DNA of 64,000 nucleotides from Lingula anatina (Eukaryota; Animalia; Brachiopoda): the NCBI GenBank assembly GCA_051362555.1, contig CM120640.1:22218851-22282850 (forward strand), given 5' to 3'. The notes under the pieces were generated by a model. That model had not been told where the DNA came from. It was given only the letters and a program-made list of their open reading frames with translations, and did no database searches. Below, in pieces: positions 53,301 through 64,000 of the stretch. The position numbers and the translations under genes were made by a program. Numbering within the stretch: position 1 is the first letter of the stretch; every line of letters starts with the position of its first letter.

Positions 53301-56300
53301 ACCCGTCACCAATTTTTCCGAAATGTGATGAAAATCAATCTACCACACCTGTCATTCATAAAAAATGTGGAAACACGCCCGGATCACTTCATTAAAGCCC
53401 CCAATTCCAGCTTTAAAGATAGCCAAAAACACAGCTGAAAACAGGATCTGGAGGGGGGGGGGGGGCCAGAGTTTTTGCTCTTTTTCTTCCTTAATATTGA
53501 CACAACCACTCTTCCAGTACTTTATACTTACTACAAATGACCCAACACACCTACCGGTCACTAAAATGAAGAAAAAAAAATTTCTTCCCTTTTTGGCCAA
53601 AATTGAAGAAATCTGCTGTACGCGGACCTGATGAAAATCACTCAAAATCACCCAAAAACGACCAGTCACCAATTTTTCCGAAATGTGATGAAAATCAATC
53701 TACCACACCTGTCATTCATAAAAAATGTGGAAACACGCCCGGATCACTTCATTAAAGCCCCCAATTCCAGCTTTAAAGATAGCCAAAAACACAGCTGAAA
53801 ACAGGATCTGGAGGGGGGGGGGGTGGCCAGAGTTTTTGCTCTTTTTCTTCCTTAATATTGACACAACCACTCTTCCAGTACTTTATACTTACTACAAATG
53901 ACCCAACACACCTACCGGTCACTAAAATGAAGAAAAAAAAATTTCTTCCCTTTTTGGCCAAAATTGAAGAAATCTGCTGTACGCGGACCTGATGAAAATC
54001 ACTCAAAATCACCCAAAAACGACCCGTCACCAATTTTTCCGAAATGTGATGAAAATCAATCTACCACACCTGTCATTCATAAAAAATGTGGAAACACTCG
54101 GATCACTTCATTAAAGCCCCCAATTCCAGCTTTAAAGATAGCCAAAAACACAGCTGAAAACAGGATCTGGAGGGGGGGGGGGGTGGCCAGAGTTTTTGCT
54201 CTTTTTCTTCCTTAATATTGACACAACCACTCTTCCAGTACTTTATACTTACTACAAATGACCCAACACACCTACCGGTGACTAAAATGAAGAAAAAAAA
54301 ATTTCTTCCCTTTTTGGCCAAAATTGAAGAAATCTGCTGTACGCGGACCTGATGAAAATCACTCAAAATCACCCAAAAACGACCCGTCACCAATTTTTCC
54401 GAAATGTGATGAAAATCAATCTACCACACCTGTCATTCATAAAAAATGTGGAAACACGCCCGGATCACTTCATTAAAGCCCCCAATTCCAGCTTTAAAGA
54501 TAGCCAAAAACACAGCTGAAAACAGGATCTGGAGGGGGGGGGGTGGCCAGAGTTTTTGCTCTTTTTCTTCCTTAATATTGACACAACCACTCTTCCAGTA
54601 CTTTATACTTACTACAAATGACCCAACACACCTACCGGTCACTAAAATGAAGAAAAAAAAATTTCTTCCCTTTTTGGCCAAAATTGAAGAAATCTGCTGT
54701 ACGCGGACCTGATGAAAATCACTCAAAATCACCCAAAAACGACCCGTCACCAATTTTTCCGAAATGTGATGAAAATCAATCTACCACACCTGTCATTCAT
54801 AAAAAATGTGGAAACACGCCCGGATCACTTCATTAAAGCCCCCAATTCCAGCTTTAAAGATAGCCAAAAACACAGCTGAAAACAGGATCTGGAGGGGGGG
54901 GGGTGGCCAGAGTTTTTGCTCTTTTTCTTCCTTAATATTGACACAACCACTCTTCCAGTACTTTATACTTACTACAAATGACCCAACACACCTACCGGTC
55001 ACTAAAATGAAGAAAAAAAAATTTCTTCCCTTTTTGGCCAAAATTGAAGAAATCTGCTGTACGCGGACCTGATGAAAATCACTCAAAATCACCCAAAAAC
55101 GACCCGTCACCAATTTTTCCGAAATGTGATGAAAATCAATCTACCACACCTGTCATTCATAAAAAATGTGGAAACACGCCCGGATCACTTCATTAAAGCC
55201 CCCAATTCCAGCTTTAAAGATAGCCAAAAACACAGCTGAAAACAGGATCTGGAGGGGGGGGGGGTGGCCAGAGTTTTTGCTCTTTTTCTTCCTTAATATT
55301 GACACAACCACTCTTCCAGTACTTTATACTTACTACAAATGACCCAACACACCTACCGGTCACTAAAATGAAGAAAAAAAAATTTCTTCCCTTTTTGGCC
55401 AAAATTGAAGAAATCTGCTGTACGCAGACCTTATGAAAATCACTCAAAATCACCCAAAAACGACCCGTCACCAATTTTTCCGAAATGTGATGAAAATCAA
55501 TCTACCACACCTGTCATTCATAAAAAATGTGGAAACACGCCCGGATCACTTCATTAAAGCCCCCAATTCCAGCTTTAAAGATAGCCAAAAACACAGCTGA
55601 AAACAGGATCTGGAGGGGGGTGGGGGTGGCCAGAGTTTTTGCTCTTTTTCTTCCTTAATATTGACACAACCACTCTTCCAGTACTTTATACTTACTACAA
55701 ATGACCCAACACACCTACCGGTCACTAAAATGAAGAAAAAAAAATTTCTTCCCTTTTTGGCCAAAATTGAAGAAATCTGCTGTACGCGGACCTGATGAAA
55801 ATCACTCAAAATCACCCAAAAACGACCCGTCACCAATTTTTCCGAAATGTGATGAAAATCAATATACCACACCTGTCATTCATAAAAAATGTGGAAACAC
55901 GCCCGGATCACTTCATTAAAGCCCCCAATTCCAGCTTTAAAGATAGCCAAAAACACAGCTGAAAACAGGATCTGGAGGGGGGGGGGGGGCAGAGTTTTTG
56001 CTCTTTTTCTTCCTTAATATTGACACAACCACTCTTCCAGTACTTTATACTTACTACAAATGACCCAACACACCTACCGGTCACTAAAATGAAGAAAAAA
56101 AAATTTCTTCCCTTTTTGGCCAAAATTGAAGAAATCTGCTGTACGCGGACCTGATGAAAATCACTCAAAATCACCCAAAAACGACCAGTCACCAATTTTT
56201 CCGAAATGTGATGAAAATCAATCTACCACACCTGTCATTCATAAAAAATGTGGAAACACGCCCGGATCACTTCATTAAAGCCCCCAATTCCAGCTTTAAA

Positions 56301-59300
56301 GATAGCCAAAAACACAGCTGAAAACAGGATCTGGAGGGGGGGGGTGGCCAGAGTTTTTGCTCTTTTTCTTCCTTAATATTGACACAACCACTCTTCCAGT
56401 ACTTTATACTTACTACAAATGACCCAACACACCTACCGGTCACTAAAATGAAGAAAAAAAAATTTCTTCCCTTTTTGGCCAAAATTGAAGAAATCTGCTG
56501 TACGCGGACCTGATGAAAATCACTCAAAATCACCCAAAAACGACCCGTCACCAATTTTTCCGAAATGTGATGAAAATCAATCTACCACACCTGTCATTCA
56601 TAAAAAATGTGGAAACACTCGGATCACTTCATTAAAGCCCCCAATTCCAGCTTTAAAGATAGCCAAAAACACAGCTGAAAACAGGATCTGGAGGGGGGGG
56701 GGGGTGGCCAGAGTTTTTGCTCTTTTTCTTCCTTAATATTGACACAACCACTCTTCCAGTACTTTATACTTACTACAAATGACCCAACACACCTACCGGT
56801 GACTAAAATGAAGAAAAAAAATTTTCTTCCCTTTTTGGCCAAAATTGAAGAAATCTGCTGTACGCGGACCTGATGAAAATCACTCAAAATCACCCAAAAA
56901 CGACCCGTCACCAATTTTTCCGAAATGTGATGAAAATCAATCTACCACACCTGTCATTCATAAAAAATGTGGAAACACGCCCGGATCACTTCATTAAAGC
57001 CCCCAATTCCAGCTTTAAAGATAGCCAAAAACACAGCTGAAAACAGGATCTGGAGGGGGGGGGGTGGCCAGAGTTTTTGCTCTTTTTCTTCCTTAATATT
57101 GACACAACCACATGACCCAACACACCTACCGGTCACTAAAATGAAGAAAAAAAATTTCTTCCCTTTTTGGCCAAAATTGAAGAAATCTGCTGTACGCGGA
57201 CCTGATGAAAATCACTCAAAATCACCCAAAAACGACCCGTCACCAATTTTTCCGAAATGTGATGAAAATCAATCTACCACACCTGTCATTCATAAAAAAT
57301 GTGGAAACACGCCCGGATCACTTCATTAAAGCCCCCAATTCCAGCTTTAAAGATAGCCAAAAACACAGCTGAAAACAGGATCTGGAGGGGGGGGGGGGGT
57401 GGCCAGAGTTTTTGCTCTTTTTCTTCCTTAATATTGACACAACCACTCTTCCAGTACTTTATACTTACTACAAATGACCCAACACACCTACCGGTCACTA
57501 AAATGAAGAAAAAAAATTTTCTTCCCTTTTTGGCCAAAATTGAAGAAATCTGCTGTACGCGGACCTGATGAAAATCACTCAAAATCACCCAAAAACGACC
57601 CGTCACCAATTTTTCCGAAATGTGATGAAAATCAATCTACCACACCTGTCATTCATAAAAAATGTGGAAACACGCCCGGATCACTTCATTAAAGCCCCCA
57701 ATTCCAGCTTTAAAGATAGCCAAAAACACAGCTGAAAACAGGATCTGGAGGGGGGGGGTGGCCAGAGTTTTTGCTCTTTTTCTTCCTTAATATTGACACA
57801 ACCACTCTTCCAGTACTTTATACTTACTACAAATGACCCAACACACCTACCGGTCACTAAAATGAAGAAAAAAAAATTTCTTCCCTTTTTGGCCAAAATG
57901 GACCTGATGAAAACCTGATGAAAATCACTCAAAATCACCCAAAAACGACCCGTCACCAATTTTTCCGAAATGTGATGAAAATCAATCTACCACACCTGTC
58001 ATTCATAAAAAATGTGGAAACACGCCTGGATCACTTCATTAAAGCCCCCAATTCCAGCTTTAAAGATAGCCAAAAACACAGCTGAAAACAGGATCTGGAG
58101 GGGGGGGGGGGTGGCCAGAGTTTTTGCTCTTTTTCTTCCTTAATATTGACACAACCACTCTTCCAGTACTTTATACTTACTACAAATGACCCAACACACC
58201 TACCGGTCACTAAAATGAAGAAAAAAAATTTCTTCCCTTTTTGGCCAAAATTGAAGAAATCTGCTGTACGCGGACCTGATGAAAATCACTCAAAATCACC
58301 CAAAAACGACCCGTCACCAATTTTTCCGAAATGTGATGAAAATCAATCTACCACACCTGTCATTCATAAAAAATGTGGAAACACGCCCGGATCACTTCAT
58401 TAAAGCCCCCAATTCCAGCTTTAAAGATAGCCAAAATCACAGCTGAAAACAGGATCTGGAGGGGGGGGGGGTGGCCAGAGTTTTTGCTCTTTTTCTTCCT
58501 TAATATTGACACAACCACTCTTCCAGTACTTTATACTTACTACAAATGACCCAACACACCTACCGGTCACTAAAATGAAGAAAAAAAAATTTCTTCCCTT
58601 TTTGGCCAAAATTGAAGAAATCTGCTGTACGCGGACCTGATGAAAATCACTCAAAATCACCCAAAAACGACCCGTCACCAATTTTTCCGAAATGTGATGA
58701 AAATCAATCTACCACACCTGTCATTCATAAAAAATGTGGAAACACGCCCGGATCACTTCATTAAAGCCCCCAATTCCAGCTTTAAAGATAGCCAAAAACA
58801 CAGCTGAAAACAGGATCTGGAGGGGGGGGGCGGTGGCCAGAGTTTTTGCTCTTTTTCTTCCTTAATATTGACACAACCACTCTTCCAGTACTTTATACTT
58901 ACTACAAATGACCCAACACACCAACCGGTCACTAAAATGAAGAAAAAAAAATTTCTTCCCTTTTTGGCCAAAATTGAAGAAATCTGCTGTACGCGGACCT
59001 GATGAAAATCACTCAAAATCACCCAAAAACGACCCGTCACCAATTTTTCCGAAATGTGATGAAAATCAATCTACCACACCTGTCATTCATAAAAAATGTG
59101 GAAACACGCCCGGATCACTTCATTAAAGCCCCCAATTCCAGCTTTAAAGATAGCCAAAAACACAGCTGAAAACAGGATCTGGAGGGGGGGGGGGGTGGCC
59201 AGAGTTTTTGCTCTTTTTCTTCCTTAATATTGACACAACCACTCTTCCAGTACTTTATACTTACTACAAATGACCCAACACACCTACCGGTCACTAAAAT

Positions 59301-62300
59301 GAAGAAAAAAAAATTTCTTCCCTTTTTGGCCAAAATTGAAGAAATCTGCTGTACGCGGACCTGATGAAAATCACTCAAAATCACCCAAAAACGACCCGTC
59401 ACCAATTTTTCCGAAATGTGATGAAAATCAATCTACCACACCTGTCATTCATAAAAAATGTGGAAACACGCCCGGATCACTTCATTAAAGCCCCCAATTC
59501 CAGCTTTAAAGATAGCCAAAAACACAGCTGAAAACAGGATCTGGAGGGGGGGGGGGTGGCCAGAGTTTTTGCTCTTTTTCTTCCTTAATATTGACACAAC
59601 CACTCTTCCAGTACTTTATACTTACTACAAATGACCCAACACACCTACCGGTCACTAAAATGAAGAAAAAAAAATTTCTTCCCTTTTTGGCCAAAATTGA
59701 AGAAATCTGCTGTACGCGCACCTGATGAAAATCACTCAAAATCACCCAAAAACGACCCGTCACCAATTTTTCCGAAATGTGATGAAAATCAATCTACCAC
59801 ACCTGTCATTCATAAAAAATGTGGAAACATGCCCGGATCACTTCATTAAAGCCCCCAATTCCAGCTTTAAAGATAGCCAAAAACACAGCTGAAAACAGGA
59901 TCTGGAGGGGGGGGGGGGGTGGCCAGAGTTTTTGCTCTTTTTCTTCCTTAATATTGACACAACCACTCTTCCAGTACTTTATACTTACTACAAATGACCC
60001 AACACACCTACCGGTCACTAAAATGAAGAAAAAAAAATTTCTTCCCTTTTTGGCCAAAATTGAAGAAATCTGCTGTACGCGGACCTGATGAAAATCACTC
60101 AAAATCACCCAAAAACGATCCGTCACCAATTTTTCCGAAATGTGATGAAAATCAATCTACCACACCTGTCATTCATAAAAAATGTGGAAACACGCCCGGA
60201 TCACTTCATTAAAGCCCCCAATTCCAGCTTTAAAGATAGCCAAAAACACAGCTGAAAACAGGATCTGGAGGGGGGGGGGGGGGGTGGCCAGAGTTTTTGC
60301 TCTTTTTCTTCCTTAATATTGACACAACCACTCTTCCAGTACTTTATACTTACTACAAATGACCCAACACACCTACCGGTCACTAAAATGAAGAAAAAAA
60401 AATTTCTTCCCTTTTTGGCGAAAATTGAAGAAATCTGCTGTACGCGGACCTGATGAAAATCACTCAAAATCACCCAAAAACGACCCGTCACCAATTTTTC
60501 CGAAATGTGATGAAAATCAATCTACCACACCTGTCATTCATAAAAAATGTGGAAACACGCCCGGATCACTTCATTAAAGCCCCCAATTCCAGCTTTAAAG
60601 ATAGCCAAAAACACAGCTGAAAACAGGATCTGGAGGGGGGGGGGGGTGGCCAGAGTTTTTGCTCTTTTTCTTCCTTAATATTGACACAACCACTCTTCCA
60701 GTACTTTATACTTACTACAAATGACCCAACACACCTACCGGTCACTAAAATGAAGAAAAAAAAATTTCTTCCCTTTTTGGCCAAAATTGAAGAAATCTGC
60801 TGTACGCGGACCTGATGAAAATCACTCAAAATCACCCAAAAACGACCCGTCACCAATTTTTCCGAAAGTGATGAAAATCAATCTACCACACCTGTCATTC
60901 ATAAAAAATGTGGAAACACGCCCGGATCACTTCATTAAAGCCCCCAATTCCAGCTTTAAAGATAGCCAAAAACACAGCTGAAAACAGGATCTGGAGGGGG
61001 GGGGGGGGGGTGGCCAGAGTTTTTGCTCTTTTTCTTCCTTAATATTGACACAACCACTCTTTCAGTACTTTATACTTACTACAAATGACCCAACACACCT
61101 ATCGGTCACTAAAATGAAGAAAAAAAAATTTCTTCCCTTTTTGGCCAAAATTGAAGAAATCTGCTGTACGCGGACCTGATGAAAATCACTCAAAATCACC
61201 CAAAAACGACCCGTCACCAATTTTTCCGAAATGTGATGAAAATCAATCTACCACACCTGTCATTCATAAAAAATGTGGAAACACGCCCGGATCACTTCAT
61301 TAAAGCCCCCAATTCCAGCTTTAAAGATAGCCAAAAACACAGCTGAAAACAGGATCTGGAGGGGGGGGGGGGGTGGCCAGAGTTTTTGCTCTTTTTCTTC
61401 CTTAATATTGACACAACCACTCTTCCAGTACTTTATACTTACTACAAATGACCCAACACACCTACCGGTCACTAAAATGAAGAAAAAAAAATTTCTTCCC
61501 TTTTTGGCCAAAATTGAAGAAATCTGCTGTACGCGGACCTGATGAAAATCACTCAAAATCACCCAAAAACGACCCGTCACCAATTTTTCCGAAATGTGAT
61601 GAAAATCAATCTACCACACCTGTCATTCATAAAAAATGTGGAAACACGCCCGGATCACTTCATTAAAGCCCCCAATTCCAGCTTTAAAGATAGCCAAAAA
61701 CACAGCTGAAAACAGGATCTGGAGGGGGGGGGGGGTGGCCAGAGTTTTTGCTCTTTTTCTTCCTTAATATTGACACAACCACTCTTCCAGTACTTTATAC
61801 TTACTACAAATGACCCAACACACCTACCGGTCACTAAAATGAAGAAAAAAAAATTTCTTCCCTTTTTGGCCAAAATTGAAGAAATCTGCTGTACGCGCAC
61901 CTGATGAAAATCACTCAAAATCACCCAAAAACGACCCGTCACCAATTTTTCCGAAATGTGATGAAAATCAATCTACCACACCTGTCATTCATAAAAAATG
62001 TGGAAACATGCCCGGATCACTTCATTAAAGCCCCCAATTCCAGCTTTAAAGATAGCCAAAAACACAGCTGAAAACAGGATCTGGAGGGGGGGGGGGGGGT
62101 GGCCAGAGTTTTTGCTCTTTTTCTTCCTTAATATTGACACAACCACTCTTCCAGTACTTTATACTTACTACAAATGACCCAACACACCTACCGGTCACTA
62201 AAATGAAGAAAAAAAAATTTCTTCCCTTTTTGGCCAAAATTGAAGAAATCTGCTGTACGCGGACCTGATGAAAATCACTCAAAATCACCCAAAAACGATC

Positions 62301-64000
62301 CGTCACCAATTTTTCCGAAATGTGATGAAAATCAATCTACCACACCTGTCATTCATAAAAAATGTGGAAACACGCCCGGATCACTTCATTAAAGCCCCCA
62401 ATTCCAGCTTTAAAGATAGCCAAAAACACAGCTGAAAACAGGATCTGGAGGGGGGGGGGGGGGGGTGGCCAGAGTTTTTGCTCTTTTTCTTCCTTAATAT
62501 TGACACAACCACTCTTCCAGTACTTTATACTTACTACAAATGACCCAACACACCTACCGGTCACTAAAATGAAGAAAAAAAAATTTCTTCCCTTTTTGGC
62601 GAAAATTGAAGAAATCTGCTGTACGCGGACCTGATGAAAATCACTCAAAATCACCCAAAAACGACCCGTCACCAATTTTTCCGAAATGTGATGAAAATCA
62701 ATCTACCACACCTGTCATTCATAAAAAATGTGGAAACACGCCCGGATCACTTCATTAAAGCCCCCAATTCCAGCTTTAAAGATAGCCAAAAACACAGCTG
62801 AAAACAGGATCTGGAGGGGGGGGGGGGGTGGCCAGAGTTTTTGCTCTTTTTCTTCCTTAATATTGACACAACCACTCTTCCAGTACTTTATACTTACTAC
62901 AAATGACCCAACACACCTACCGGTCACTAAAATGAAGAAAAAAAAATTTCTTCCCTTTTTGGCCAAAATTGAAGAAATCTGCTGTACGCGGACCTGATGA
63001 AAATCACTCAAAATCACCCAAAAACGACCCGTCACCAATTTTTCCGAAAGTGATGAAAATCAATCTACCACACCTGTCATTCATAAAAAATGTGGAAACA
63101 CGCCCGGATCACTTCATTAAAGCCCCCAATTCCAGCTTTAAAGATAGCCAAAAACACAGCTGAAAACAGGATCTGGAGGGGGGGGGGGGGGGTGGCCAGA
63201 GTTTTTGCTCTTTTTCTTCCTTAATATTGACACAACCACTCTTTCAGTACTTTATACTTACTACAAATGACCCAACACACCTATCGGTCACTAAAATGAA
63301 GAAAAAAAAATTTCTTCCCTTTTTGGCCAAAATTGAAGAAATCTGCTGTACGCGGACCTGATGAAAATCACTCAAAATCACCCAAAAACGACCCGTCACC
63401 AATTTTTCCGAAATGTGATGAAAATCAATCTACCACACCTGTCATTCATAAAAAATGTGGAAACACGCCCGGATCACTTCATTAAAGCCCCCAATTCCAG
63501 CTTTAAAGATAGCCAAAAACACAGCTGAAAACAGGATCTGGAGGGGGGGGGGGGTGGCCAGAGTTTTTGCTCTTTTTCTTCCTTAATATTGACACAACCA
63601 CTCTTCCAGTACTTTATACTTACTACAAATGACCCAACACACCTACCGGTCACTAAAATGAAGAAAAAAAAATTTCTTCCCTTTTTGGCCAAAATTGAAG
63701 AAATCTGCTGTACGCGGACCTGATGAAAATCACTCAAAATCACCCAAAAACGACCCGTCACCAATTTTTCCGAAATGTGATGAAAATCAATCTACCACAC
63801 CTGTCATTCATAAAAAATGTGGAAACACGCCCGGATCACTTCATTAAAGCCCCCAATTCCAGCTTTAAAGATAGCCAAAAACACAGCTGAAAACAGGATC
63901 TGGAGGGGGGGGGGGGTGGCCAGAGTTTTTGCTCTTTTTCTTCCTTAATATTGACACAACCACTCTTCCAGTACTTTATACTTACTACAAATGACCCAAC
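41336..64000. repeat. Tandem satellite array, ~361-bp monomer, ~63 copies, runs off the window end
   Basis: ACCTGATGAAAATCACTCAAAATCACCC recurs at 41336, 41697 and onward. Monomers are near-identical and head-to-tail, differing mainly in a G9-18 run and an A8-10 run. Confidence 0.99.

Noticed and set aside
41281-63764. Dozens of 60-180 aa ORFs on both strands in the array (MVTGRFW..., MWKHARI..., MTQPLFQ...)
   Set aside because: They are translations of the satellite. Frames shift with G- and A-run length, and there is no recognisable domain.
41336-64000. CRISPR-like array
   Set aside because: Monomers are fully repeated with no unique spacers, there are no cas genes and the context is eukaryotic.

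Overview
Eukaryotic, AT-rich invertebrate animal DNA with GT-AG spliced genes; the species cannot be identified from the sequence. Left part: the first two coding exons of TMTC2 (- strand, 13.7-kb first intron, gene continues off the left edge), then a complete 14-coding-exon PYROXD1 gene (- strand, 498 aa by manual splicing). Head-to-head with PYROXD1 is a 711-aa ankyrin-repeat/SOCS-box gene (+ strand). The region between these two genes holds a cluster of non-autonomous DNA transposons: three PIF/Harbinger-type elements with TAA/TGA target duplications and a long-TIR foldback family with two copies. From 41,336 to the window end lies a highly homogeneous tandem satellite of ~361-bp monomers (~63 copies, 22.7 kb), starting about 220 bp past the last candidate poly(A) signal of the ankyrin gene. 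Shared variants in the array show multi-monomer duplications of 6, 7, 8 and 14 units. All short ORFs in the array and nearly all other short ORFs in the track are spurious. Coordinates were counted by hand; nothing was checked by database search.
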